Origin: Pseudomonadota bacterium
GTDB lineage: Bacteria > Pseudomonadota > Gammaproteobacteria > Acidiferrobacterales > UBA6901
Assembly (NCBI GenBank): GCA_027364845.1
Contig: DAHXOO010000008.1
Coordinates: forward strand, 121-64,120
Length of the DNA stretch: 64,000 bases
Direction: 5' to 3'
Numbering within the stretch: the first letter of the stretch is position 1; each line of letters opens with the position of its first letter. The position numbers were made by a program, and so were the translations under genes. The notes under the pieces are model-generated. The model was given only the letters and a program-made list of their open reading frames with translations, did not search any database and had not been told where the DNA came from. Positions 50,881 to 60,601 of this stretch are shown one piece after another.

Positions 50881-51234
50881 TTTGCGCACTTCTAGCGACA
50901 CAACCGGCACCTGCGGTTGGCCGACCGAAGCCATGGCGGGAAATTCCCGTTCTGCACGGGGCAGTGTTCAATTGCGCACCGATGACCGATTACCGGGGGC
51001 CTGGTTGCCTGCTTTTCTGATCAGGACGGGCAGCGTGCTTGCGTTGGCTTCCGTGGGGCTGCGATCGGATCACGTCAGCGCTTGCCTTGGACAGGCTAAA
51101 CTTGTGTTCCGGCAAGCGACGGAATGCAGTTTAAATCGACGTTCGGTGCCAGATGGCTCACCATGCCAAACGATGGCAATCAGCAGGCAGTACGGGGAAT
51201 TGCGCACCAGCATCTCCCCAACAGATCCCGGTTC

Positions 51235-52293
51235 ATGAACGTGGAACAGAACTTAAGCGCGGTCCTTTTGGACTGGTTCGACTGCAATGGACGCAAGGAT
51301 CTTCCGTGGCAGGGGACCCGAGACCCATATGTTATCTGGGTCTCGGAAATCATGCTGCAGCAGACGCAGGTTGCCACGGTGATCCCCTATTTCCGGCGCT
51401 TCCTGGAGCGATTTCCCGATATCCAGACACTGGCATGCGGCTCCATCGACGAGGTCCTGCATCTATGGACTGGCCTTGGCTATTACGCACGGGGGCGCAA
51501 TCTGCACCGCGCGGCTCGGGCCATCGTCGACCAGCATGGAGGGTCTTTTCCGCATGCGTTCGAAGCGGTTTGCGCATTGCCTGGCATCGGACGGTCCACC
51601 GCAGGAGCCATTTTGGCCTTCGCCTACGGACAGCGTCACCCGATTCTGGACGGCAACGTGAAACGGGTGCTGGCGCGCTACCATGGCGTTAACGGCTCGC
51701 CGGGCGCCCGCGCGGTAGAACAGCAGCTTTGGACTCTCTCCGAGAAACATGTGCCACACGCACGCATCGAAGACTACACCCAGGCGATCATGGATCTTGG
51801 TGCGACGGTCTGCCGGCGGACGCGACCCGCCTGTACATCCTGCCCGCTCGGCAGCGGCTGCGTGGCCTGTAAGCAGGGGAATCCGGAGGCCTATCCGGGA
51901 GGGGCACAGCACCGGTTCCTGCCAGTCAAACAGGTCCACATGATCCTGTTACGCGATTGCCAGGACCGGGTTTTGCTGCAGCAACGCCCACCATCCGGAA
52001 TCTGGGGTGGATTATGGGGATTTCCCGAGTGCGGCCCTGGTGACGATGCCGGCACGTGGTGCCGCACCGCCTATGGCTTCGAAATCGCGCTTGATGCACC
52101 GTGGCCAGCACTACGACACCGTTTCACCCACTTCCAGCTCGACATCACGCCCATTCCCGCACGCCTCTTGGGGTCAAGCACGAAGGTCATGGAGATCGCG
52201 AACACAGTTTGGTATAACGTCCATCAACCGGATGCGCGCGGTCTGGCCATGCCGGTCAAGCGATTACTGCAGCAATTGAGGAACCTCTCGTGA
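51235..52293 (+). CDS. mutY: A/G-specific adenine glycosylase
   Basis: ORF 51124-52293; 'RKDLPWQGTRDPYVIWVSEIMLQQTQVATVIPYF', FeS cluster C-x6-C-x2-C-x5-C 'CRRTRPACTSCPLGSGC'. Confidence 0.97.
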   Translation: MNVEQNLSAVLLDWFDCNGRKDLPWQGTRDPYVIWVSEIMLQQTQVATVIPYFRRFLERFPDIQTLACGSIDEVLHLWTGLGYYARGRNLHRAARAIVDQHGGSFPHAFEAVCALPGIGRSTAGAILAFAYGQRHPILDGNVKRVLARYHGVNGSPGARAVEQQLWTLSEKHVPHARIEDYTQAIMDLGATVCRRTRPACTSCPLGSGCVACKQGNPEAYPGGAQHRFLPVKQVHMILLRDCQDRVLLQQRPPSGIWGGLWGFPECGPGDDAGTWCRTAYGFEIALDAPWPALRHRFTHFQLDITPIPARLLGSSTKVMEIANTVWYNVHQPDARGLAMPVKRLLQQLRNLS

Positions 52294-52568
52294 CCCGCAT
52301 GGTGAAATGTGTGAAGCTCGGTAAGGAAGCGCCGGGTCTGGATTACCCCACTTACCCAGGGGACCTGGGCAAGAAGGTCTTCGAAAACGTTTCGAAGGAA
52401 GCGTGGCAGCTGTGGCTGAACCATCAGACAATGCTGATCAACGAGTACCGCATCAGCCCGCTTGACCTCAAGGCTCGCAAGTTTATCGAAGGCGAGATGG
52501 ATAAATTCTTTTTCGGTGAAGGTTCGCAGGTACCCGAAGGCTTCCAACCTCCATCCAGCAAAAAGTAG
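52290..52568 (+). CDS. yggX: oxidative damage protection / Fe(2+)-trafficking protein YggX
   Basis: 'MVKCVKLGKEAPGLDYPTYPGDLGKKVFENVSKEAWQLWLNHQTMLINEYRISPLD'; ATG alternative at 52299. Confidence 0.96.
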   Translation: MTRMVKCVKLGKEAPGLDYPTYPGDLGKKVFENVSKEAWQLWLNHQTMLINEYRISPLDLKARKFIEGEMDKFFFGEGSQVPEGFQPPSSKK

Positions 52569-52892
52569 GCCACAGAACGCGCGCGCCGTCAGATCACAGC
52601 TCCGCGAAAACAGGCAGAGCCGTAGTCGACGCAGATCCTTCAAGGAAACCCGCACCACGGTGGACCGCCCCACGGCGCTCGCTACCGGCCTCGACGTAGG
52701 CGGTGTGCTGCCCGCCACGTTGAGCAGTCTTTGTCCGCTTGGCCCTTCTTTCGGAAGTTCATAGATAAGAATATGTTCGTGCGGGCCACCAGTGGCCGAC
52801 TGCGCAGTCCAGGGCGCACCGGGCCGTTGGAAAGTCACGGCCACTGACGGCACGTGGGTCGCGAAAACCAGATGGCAGCACCCGGGGGGATG

Positions 52893-53786
52893 TCAAATAG
52901 ACCGTCCACGCCCCCGCGCCAACCACGGTGCGGTAATGTCATAATGTCCGCGTATACGGTCAGCAAAAGCATGCGCGTCGGCCTTGCTGCCGAAGCCTTT
53001 AATCCGAAGTCGAAAGAAGGTTCTTCCGTTGATGCGAGCGCTGCTCAGCTTCACAGGATAGCCGGCAGTTACAAGGCGACGTTGCATGGGATACAGGTCG
53101 CGTCGCCGTGTTTGGGCAACCAATTGCACAATCCAAACACCATTGGGAACTGTGAGGCCCTGTCCCGACGTGACCTCGGTCTGTGCCGACCAGACCTTGA
53201 GTCTTTGCGGATCGACGGGTCGTACCAGTTCTGGCTGCAAAGCCCGTGGAATCCGAAAAACCGTCATGGGCTTGTCCATGTCCAGCCGTCCTGCCGCAGG
53301 ATTGCGAACGGTGACGTGGCCTCGGATGAGGCAGAAGATCGCGGAATGCCGGCCCACGCGGCCCCAGATATTGCCCCTGCGGATGCGGATGTTAGTCCCT
53401 CCCAGATTCATGCTGACGTCGTGCGGAAGGTAACCCTTGGCCGGCATGGTCGTAAAACTGAACGCACCGCGGCGAACTACCAGCATGATTCGGGACAGCG
53501 TTTTCGATTCGCTGGACATACCGGCCTTGGCGAGCGTAATACGTGCCTGCTCGCCCAGCTTCAGCACGCCACCGTCAGCGAACTGCACCAGGACACGCGC
53601 GGCAATACCGGTACGTATCACCTCATCCTGAGTCAGCACCATGCCGGCTTCTAGTGGCCGCTGCCGGCCATCGCCTTTCACCCATGCTGGCATCTGTAGC
53701 GCCACCACCTCGGCAATGGGCGCGGCAACTGCCGGAAATACCGCTAGGATGCCGACACTCAAGGCGAGCGCTCGAATGCAGTTCAT
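52893..53786 (-). CDS. FecR-domain protein with C-terminal SPOR-like domain
   Basis: Signal peptide; FecR-like 'ADGGVLKLGEQARITL...RRGAFSF...NLGGTNIRIRRGNIWGRV'; C-terminal 'GVWIVQLVAQTRRRDLYPMQRRLVTAGYPVKLSSARINGRTFFRLRIKGFGSKADAHAFADRI'. Confidence 0.85.
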   Translation of the reverse strand: MNCIRALALSVGILAVFPAVAAPIAEVVALQMPAWVKGDGRQRPLEAGMVLTQDEVIRTGIAARVLVQFADGGVLKLGEQARITLAKAGMSSESKTLSRIMLVVRRGAFSFTTMPAKGYLPHDVSMNLGGTNIRIRRGNIWGRVGRHSAIFCLIRGHVTVRNPAAGRLDMDKPMTVFRIPRALQPELVRPVDPQRLKVWSAQTEVTSGQGLTVPNGVWIVQLVAQTRRRDLYPMQRRLVTAGYPVKLSSARINGRTFFRLRIKGFGSKADAHAFADRIRGHYDITAPWLARGRGRSI

Positions 53787-54090
53787 GACCCATCCCCTTC
53801 AGTCGGTTCGCTCGTGGCCGGTTTACCGCAAAGAACGATCCCTGACAAGTGCGACTGCGCAGTCGCGGCAGCTATCAACGCCGGAGACAGCCGACAGATG
53901 TTATAAAAGAGCGGAATATGTAAGGTCAAGTAGGTGCGAAATCGGTCGGATGCAGAAACAAAACCAGATGAACAGGTGGCCCAGAACCCACATCCGCGGG
54001 ACACAGATGGCAACGCAGCCGCATGGCAGTGGATTGAAATCGCAACGGTGCCTATCCTGCGATAGGCCGCGGCATCCGACCGGGCGGCGG

Positions 54091-55479
54091 CTAAAAACTT
54101 TGCAACTGCTGCTCGGTAGGCTCGGCACAGCAGTACCAGGGCTCGGACATGTGCGGAATCTCCTGTCCGAGACCGCCGGCAGGCAGATCGGGGGTGATTT
54201 CGCCTGAAGCGTCGTGTGCTATGTGCCAAATGCGAGTGAATAGCTCCATCCTCGCCAGCCCGAGACGCTCACCCTCCGCTACCACGGCCTGGATCTCGCG
54301 TTGCAACGCATCGACGCGCTCATCCGGGCTTTTCCACGAATAACTCAGTATACGTGCATCAAAAGAACCGAGTTTTTCACGGAAGCCGGGCAATTCGAGC
54401 AAATAGGAGCCCTCGGGAACTAAAAGACGGATGGCAAGCTGGATCGCTGGTACGCTCTCGACCAACCGCAGCTCGACAAGGCGCCGCAGCAGATCAAGAT
54501 AGCCTTGCAAGGTGGTCCACGGCGTAAAGGGGACGAAGGTTGGCGCGAACGCGATGCCGGCAGCACGCACCAGCGCTACCACATTATTGAAATCGTGGCT
54601 CGTGTGATTCTTGGCTAGATATTCCAGAATCCTGTCGTCGACCGATTCCGCCGCACTCGTAATGAAAAGACAGCCCGTTTCCTTGAGCACCGGTATAAGC
54701 TCAGCGTGCTCAATCAGATGCTGAATTTTGATCGTGATGTCGTAGGTGATCTGCGGAAACTCGGTATGCAACGCCCGCACAATTCTAAGCGCATGGGTCG
54801 GACCGTTGAAAAAATCCGGGTCTCCAAACGAAATGTGCTGCGCGCCCGCCGCGATCTGCTGGCGCGTATCTGCCATCACCATGTCAGCCGGCACGATTCG
54901 AAAACGTCCTTCGTACACGGGGACCACCGGACAGTGGCGGCACAGATGCTTGCAACCGCGGCTCGCATCGACAAACCCGACCATCCTATTGCCGGCACCC
55001 GGAACCCGGATATGGGCATAACGGCCTAGCGGCGGCAGTCCAGCGCGGTCAGGCAGGAGGAATTCAATTTTGGAAAGATTCACCACCGGTTCCGACTGGA
55101 TTCGGCCGTCTCCGGCTCTAATCCGCTGCACCAGGGATTTTAGCCCCGGCTCAAATTCTCCTCCGAAGATCGCATCCACTCCCAGTGCACGCAGGAAATC
55201 CGCGTTCATTGGCGCATAGAGGCCGTAAACACACAGACGTGCCTGGGGCGCCATTGCACGAATACGCGGGATCGCTTGCGTGGCGATGCGCGTGGCAGTG
55301 TGCATACCGACATAGATTGCGACTAATTCCGCGTCGGCGATTACGGCAGCATCGAGCTTCTGTAACGACAGGTCAAGGCAGTGTACCGTACAACCCTCGC
55401 GCGCAAGCCAAGCAGCGGGGTGCGCCAGACCGAATGGCTGGCGGCCGAGTTCGTAAGGACTGATCAGGACAACTTTCAT
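54091..55479 (-). CDS. B12-binding-type radical SAM protein with C-terminal CCAEP motif
   Basis: 462 aa; B12-binding-like N-terminus; radical SAM 'ASRGCKHLCRHCPVVPVY' (CxxxCxxC); C-terminus '...EPWYCCAEPTEQQLQSF'. Confidence 0.88.
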   Translation of the reverse strand: MKVVLISPYELGRQPFGLAHPAAWLAREGCTVHCLDLSLQKLDAAVIADAELVAIYVGMHTATRIATQAIPRIRAMAPQARLCVYGLYAPMNADFLRALGVDAIFGGEFEPGLKSLVQRIRAGDGRIQSEPVVNLSKIEFLLPDRAGLPPLGRYAHIRVPGAGNRMVGFVDASRGCKHLCRHCPVVPVYEGRFRIVPADMVMADTRQQIAAGAQHISFGDPDFFNGPTHALRIVRALHTEFPQITYDITIKIQHLIEHAELIPVLKETGCLFITSAAESVDDRILEYLAKNHTSHDFNNVVALVRAAGIAFAPTFVPFTPWTTLQGYLDLLRRLVELRLVESVPAIQLAIRLLVPEGSYLLELPGFREKLGSFDARILSYSWKSPDERVDALQREIQAVVAEGERLGLARMELFTRIWHIAHDASGEITPDLPAGGLGQEIPHMSEPWYCCAEPTEQQLQSF

Positions 55480-56045
55480 TTCCCTAAAAAGAACCGAAGC
55501 AGACTACGAACAAGGGAATGCGTGGGGGCAACAGCGAGCAACACAGGCTTGCCACATGCGCTGCCATTGTAACTCGATATGGGCGAGACCAGCTATTGCG
55601 GTGTTGACAATTAACCGGATCAATCACACGGATACTACACTGTCCCCACCATCGGCTCCTGCGGGCGATCCATTCGAAGTTTTACGGAGACCACAAGGAG
55701 ATCGGCTGCGCCGCAGTCTTTCGCAGCAGGTATCGGTGACATCGTCAACTGCCCGGGATCAGACCCTATGGCCGGCACCTTGGTAAGTTTGCGCCCACGA
55801 CAAGTGGGGGGGGGTGGGAGAGATTCCGTGTACTAGCTACCGACAAAGTCCGAAAGTTCTTCGCTGCGTCAGATTGGAGTGTCCATCGGACTGGGGGCGG
55901 CAAATCGGCAATGACCGGACAAACCGTACGCACGTTGGCAGTAGACCCCTGGTGGACATTTGTAGCGGTAGCGTTACAAACGGGCAAAAGCCAGCTTTTT
56001 TACAATCTCAGGGGAGTTCACTATAATGCGCCGATTGTTGCCTAG

Positions 56046-56120
<75 letters not shown>

Positions 56121-56243
56121 AACTTCTAATTATTATCAATAGGCTACAGAACACTCTGCTGACCCTCTTGTAGCCACACCGCTTTACGCCATAGCCTTGC
56201 CATTGTTAGCCACGGCATGGGAAGGCAAGTGGTGAAGTGGCCT

Positions 56244-56372
56244 CTACGCCACGGACCTCAAGAACGCTGGCATTTCTGCCGATTTGATTTTCCTCGCATA
56301 CTCATTCGGCGACAAGTAGCCGAGCGAGGAATACAGGCGAACGGGGTTGTAAAATCCATAGCGAATCCGCTG
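56244..56372 (-). pseudogene. IS3-family transposase 3' remnant
   Basis: Minus-strand frame encodes (Q)RIRYGFYNPVRLYSSLGYLSPNEYARKIKSAEMPAFLRSVA*, the typical IS3-group C-terminus, with no upstream transposase body. Confidence 0.78.
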
Positions 56373-56380
56373 TCCTAAAC

Positions 56381-57304
56381 CTACTTATCAGCTTGTTCTA
56401 ATTGCCCAACCTTTCCGGGTATCTCAGCCACCAGAGCATCGATTGCGGCTCGAGTTTTGCTCGGCAAGTAATGCGACTGCGCCCACACGACACTGATTTC
56501 TGTCGCAAGCGTATTGTTGCAGTCCAGCACCAACTCCAACTCGCCTGCCCGGGCATGTTTTGCCATTAACCAGCAGGGTAGCCACGCCAACCCCACTCCC
56601 GCTACGGCAGCATCGGTGATCGCTTGTAAGTCATCGAACACGAGGCGGTTATCAACTTGGGGTTTGAGAACCTGACCTTCACTATTTCGTACGCTCCACG
56701 ATTCGATTCGACCTGCGCGCCCATAAGCGATGCCAACATGGTTGGACAGCTCATCAACGCTAGCTGGTTTTCCGTGTTCGGCTAAGTAAGAGGGGGAGGC
56801 GCAGATGACCATTCGTTGGGTACCCAATCGTCGCGCGACCAATGTGCTGCTATCAGGCAAGGTGCCTATACGGACTGCCAGGTCATACCCTTCATCCACC
56901 AGATCGACGACACTGTCGTTAAAGGACATTTCTATCGCCAGTCGCGGATATTGGCGTCCCAGTGCAAGCAATACCGGTGCAGCGCAATGGCGACCAAATA
57001 ACACGGGAACACTAACGCGCAAGCGTCCTATGGGTCCACTCTTGCCGCTATCGAGTGCCAATGCGCCTGCGTCCAGCTCCGCCAATGCTCGCACACAGCG
57101 CTCGTAATAAACCTGGCCATCTTCAGTCAGGCTCTGGCTGCGCGTAGTCCTTTGGAATAGCCGCACGCCCAGGCGCTGCTCCAGTCGCGCAATACTCTTG
57201 CCCACCGCCGATCGGGTTAGTCGCATGCGCTCTGCTGCCAGCGCAAAGCTGCCAGCCTCCGCTGCTTCGACGAAAGCACTAATGCCTTTCAATCGATCAC
57301 TCAT
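56381..57304 (-). CDS. LysR family transcriptional regulator
   Basis: ORF 56381-57331; 'ISAFVEAAEAGSFALAAERMRLTRSAVGKSIARLEQRLGVRLFQRTTRS'. Confidence 0.94.
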   Translation of the reverse strand: MSDRLKGISAFVEAAEAGSFALAAERMRLTRSAVGKSIARLEQRLGVRLFQRTTRSQSLTEDGQVYYERCVRALAELDAGALALDSGKSGPIGRLRVSVPVLFGRHCAAPVLLALGRQYPRLAIEMSFNDSVVDLVDEGYDLAVRIGTLPDSSTLVARRLGTQRMVICASPSYLAEHGKPASVDELSNHVGIAYGRAGRIESWSVRNSEGQVLKPQVDNRLVFDDLQAITDAAVAGVGLAWLPCWLMAKHARAGELELVLDCNNTLATEISVVWAQSHYLPSKTRAAIDALVAEIPGKVGQLEQADK

Positions 57305-57474
57305 AATATTGGTTCCTACTTGGCTACACACTGGTTAATTATTTCCGCCACTGCGGACAATTTGGCTCCTATATGATAGCAGCCAATATCGACATGAGCG
57401 CTACAACAATACTGATCGCCTCATTGGCTATCTCTGCAAGCACAGAGGCTTTGTTAACTGAATAGGAGAATCAA

Positions 57475-58497
57475 ATGCAGGCTTACCAGATCAAGGCGGG
57501 ACAACAGATTACCGGGCTGAAACGGGTTCAACGCAGTATTTCTGCACCTGCTGCACACGAAGTACACATACGCATCCACGCCGTATCGCTCAATTATCGC
57601 GACTTGATGATAGCGGACGGCAAATATCTCAGCACAGGTGATGTCTCCGTGATCCCCTGTTCTGATGGCGCAGGCGAGGTCTTAGCTGTCGGTGATGACG
57701 TGACGCGCTTTCATGTCGGCGACCGTGTTGCAGCATCGTTTTTCCCAGATTGGGTCAATGGCGCACCGACCCCGCAAAACACGGCAAGTGCACTCGGTGC
57801 TGCCGTGGACGGAATGTTGGCCGAAGAAGTTGTTTTGCATGAAAACGCCCTGGTCTCGATACCGGCGCATCTCTCCTATGTTGAAGCTTCCACCATACCT
57901 TGCGCCGGGGTCACTGCATGGAATTCACTGTTCGTCGAAGGTGGCCTCAGGGCTGGGGATAGCGTGCTGCTGCTGGGCACCGGCGGTGTGTCGATCTGGG
58001 CTCTGCAGTTAGCCAAAGCTGCGGGTCTGCTTACAATCATTACTTCATCGAGCGATAAAAAGCTGGAGCGCGCGCACAACCTGGGTGCGGCAGCGACGAT
58101 CAATTACAAGAACACGCCCGAGTGGCAGGACGAGGTTTTGCAGCTGACTGACGGGCAAGGCGTTGACCTTGTACTGGAAGTCGGCGGCCAGAGTACACTG
58201 ACACGTTCAATTGCGAGTACCAAGATGGGCGGTACGGTTGCTATTATCGGCGGCGTCAGCGGCTTTGGCTTCGGCGGCGAGCTTAATCCTTTCGCACTGA
58301 TCGGTGGCGCTAAACGCTTGTCAGGCATCTTCGTCGGCAGCCGCAACATGTTCGAAGACCTCAACAGGTTTTTAAGTGTGGTCGAAATACATCCTGTCAT
58401 TGATCGCATCTATCCTTTCCAGCAGGGGCACGAAGCCTATGAACATCTAAAAAGAGCAGGCCACTTTGGCAAGGTCGTGATTGAAGTAAGAAAATAA
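57475..58497 (+). CDS. MDR-type NAD(P)-dependent alcohol dehydrogenase/quinone oxidoreductase
   Basis: 340 aa; 'SLNYRDLMIADGKY', 'PCSDGAGEVLAVGDDVTRFHVGDRV', 'LLLGTGGVSIWALQLAKAAG'. Confidence 0.93.
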   Translation: MQAYQIKAGQQITGLKRVQRSISAPAAHEVHIRIHAVSLNYRDLMIADGKYLSTGDVSVIPCSDGAGEVLAVGDDVTRFHVGDRVAASFFPDWVNGAPTPQNTASALGAAVDGMLAEEVVLHENALVSIPAHLSYVEASTIPCAGVTAWNSLFVEGGLRAGDSVLLLGTGGVSIWALQLAKAAGLLTIITSSSDKKLERAHNLGAAATINYKNTPEWQDEVLQLTDGQGVDLVLEVGGQSTLTRSIASTKMGGTVAIIGGVSGFGFGGELNPFALIGGAKRLSGIFVGSRNMFEDLNRFLSVVEIHPVIDRIYPFQQGHEAYEHLKRAGHFGKVVIEVRK

Positions 58498-58785
58498 GTC
58501 GAGGACGCAAGTGAACTATAGCTAGCTAAGGTGATTGCGCCCCCTTTTCACTGACTCACAATCTGGGTACGAATTGTGACCAACTTGCTCGGCAAGTGGC
58601 TTCAATTGAACGAGCCCGTTGGTCCATTTGAGGAGATTCACTCCAGAAGCGGGTTAGTTCTGGATGGACGTCAACACCGAACTGAGGCGACGTCCGAGCA
58701 GCTTGTACGCTCTCGGGTGGCTCGTGACTACTTCGCAGGTCAGAAAGTGGGCGATAAACCAGGTGACGATGTAGACTTGCGCGAT

Positions 58786-59997
58786 ATGGTATCCCTTGGT
58801 TCCATAAGGCACACCGCGACAGCGCGGAGCTTTGCGGTTTTCGACACGCCGATTGGGCAATGCAGCATCGTCTGGAGCAAGCATGGAATCGTCGGCATAC
58901 AGTTTCCGGAGGCCCGAGAGCATGAGACGCGGGCGCACCTGCTTCGGCAATTCCCGGGCGCAACCGAAGTCTCGCCTCCGCCCGAGGCGCAACGGACAAT
59001 TGACGGTATCGTCGCACTGCTGCGCGGCGAGGAAAGCAATCTCGCCGCCACCCGGCTCGACATGGACAACGTGCCGCCATTTTACCGTCGAGTCTACGAG
59101 GCCACGCGTACAATTCCTCCGGGTGCAACACGCTCGTATGGCGACATCGCTGCACAGCTTGGCTCGCGCGGCGCCGCGCGAGCCGTGGGACAAGCACTCG
59201 GGCATAATCCGTTTGCGATCGTCGTGCCGTGCCATCGTGTACTTTCCGCTGGCGGCAGGATCGGCGGTTTCTCCGCGAACGGCGGCATTGCAACAAAGCT
59301 CCAACTCCTCACGATCGAGGCGACACGAGCAAGCGGACAATCCGGTCTCTTTGACGGCGACGGCACTTTTGGCTTCGATCCAGACGTGGCGACCAGACAT
59401 CTGCGCCGCACCGATCCGACACTCGCACGCGTTATCGATGCCGTCGGTCCTTTTCGCATGCAGATCAAGAGATCAACGAGCGTCTTCGCTGCGCTTGCGG
59501 AGGCAATTGTTCACCAGCAGCTCTCCGGCAAGGCTGCGGTAACCATCTTTGCTCGTTTGTGCGCACTATTCCCGCGTACATATGAAGGCCTTACGAGCGA
59601 GCATATCCTGAGCGCCTCCGACGAGAAGCTGCGCTCCGCCGGCCTTTCGCGCCCGAAGCTCCTCTCGCTCCGTGACCTTGCGCAACGGGCTGCTGCAGGC
59701 AAGATTCCCAATCTCGTAGAGATTCATCGCATGGCAGATGATGCGATCATCGAAAACCTCAGCGAAGTTCGTGGGATCGGACGTTGGACGGCGGAGATGC
59801 TGCTCATTTTCCGCCTCGGGCGCCCGGACGTGCTGCCGCTGGACGACTATGGCATCCGCAAAGGCTATGCGATCGCCTTCAGGAAACGCACGCTGCCGAA
59901 CCGCGCGGACCTCGAAAGACGCGGCATACGATGGAAGCCCTACCGCACAGTTGCGAGCTGGTATTTGTGGCATGCGGTCGAGCTGGCGAGAAAATAG
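58786..59997 (+). CDS. methylated-DNA--cysteine methyltransferase / DNA-3-methyladenine glycosylase (AlkA-like HhH-GPD) fusion
   Basis: ORF 58576-59997; MGMT 'GHNPFAIVVPCHRVLSAGGRIGGF'; HhH-GPD 'ENLSEVRGIGRWTAEMLLIFRLGRPDVLPLDDYGIRKGY'. First ~70 codons of the open frame look non-conserved, so start placed at MVSLGSIRH. Confidence 0.88.
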   Translation: MVSLGSIRHTATARSFAVFDTPIGQCSIVWSKHGIVGIQFPEAREHETRAHLLRQFPGATEVSPPPEAQRTIDGIVALLRGEESNLAATRLDMDNVPPFYRRVYEATRTIPPGATRSYGDIAAQLGSRGAARAVGQALGHNPFAIVVPCHRVLSAGGRIGGFSANGGIATKLQLLTIEATRASGQSGLFDGDGTFGFDPDVATRHLRRTDPTLARVIDAVGPFRMQIKRSTSVFAALAEAIVHQQLSGKAAVTIFARLCALFPRTYEGLTSEHILSASDEKLRSAGLSRPKLLSLRDLAQRAAAGKIPNLVEIHRMADDAIIENLSEVRGIGRWTAEMLLIFRLGRPDVLPLDDYGIRKGYAIAFRKRTLPNRADLERRGIRWKPYRTVASWYLWHAVELARK

Positions 59998-60601
59998 CTG
60001 TAATGGATTGCGGATCGCCTCCGGGATCGGTGTCGATTTCGAAATCCAACGTCCCACACACGCTGGCCTAACTTGCGCCCCGGTTGCACATTCCTCCGAT
60101 AAACGTCGGACATTGTGAAATGTATGCAGGAATCTGAAAGCGTGACTCAAACCGGCCGCCTGACCCCTACCCTAGCCAGAAAAATGAACAAAAGCAGCTG
60201 GCACTCAATTCCGACATAGCAAGATCCGGGTTGAATGATACCAGCCCAGCCCCCCACAATGTGCGCAACTGGCAATAGGCCCCGGAGCGCGTTTCATGCA
60301 CAAAGCCATCGTTCCCTCCATGACCCGATGCAACGTCGCGTCCCTGTACCAATCGAGATGCGCATTCAACATGTACAGGCGGAAGGGCCGATATGGCTCG
60401 CTGGGGAATGCAACCGGATTGATCCTGGAAGGTGGCGACCAGTCATCATGGGTTTTCAGGAACTATATGGGCTCTGGCCGCGGCTACATGAGTCCACATT
60501 GGCCCGAGTTCCAGAATCCATGTACCGAAGCCTGGATATAGACCGCACGCGTGTTGCGACGGGAGACTGGTTTGCTATGGAAAACGTCTGAGGATGCCCA
60601 A

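Noticed and set aside
54091-54145. Possible selenocysteine in the CCAEP-tail protein
   Set aside because: The motif is encoded as two Cys codons with no in-frame UGA; no SECIS expectation.
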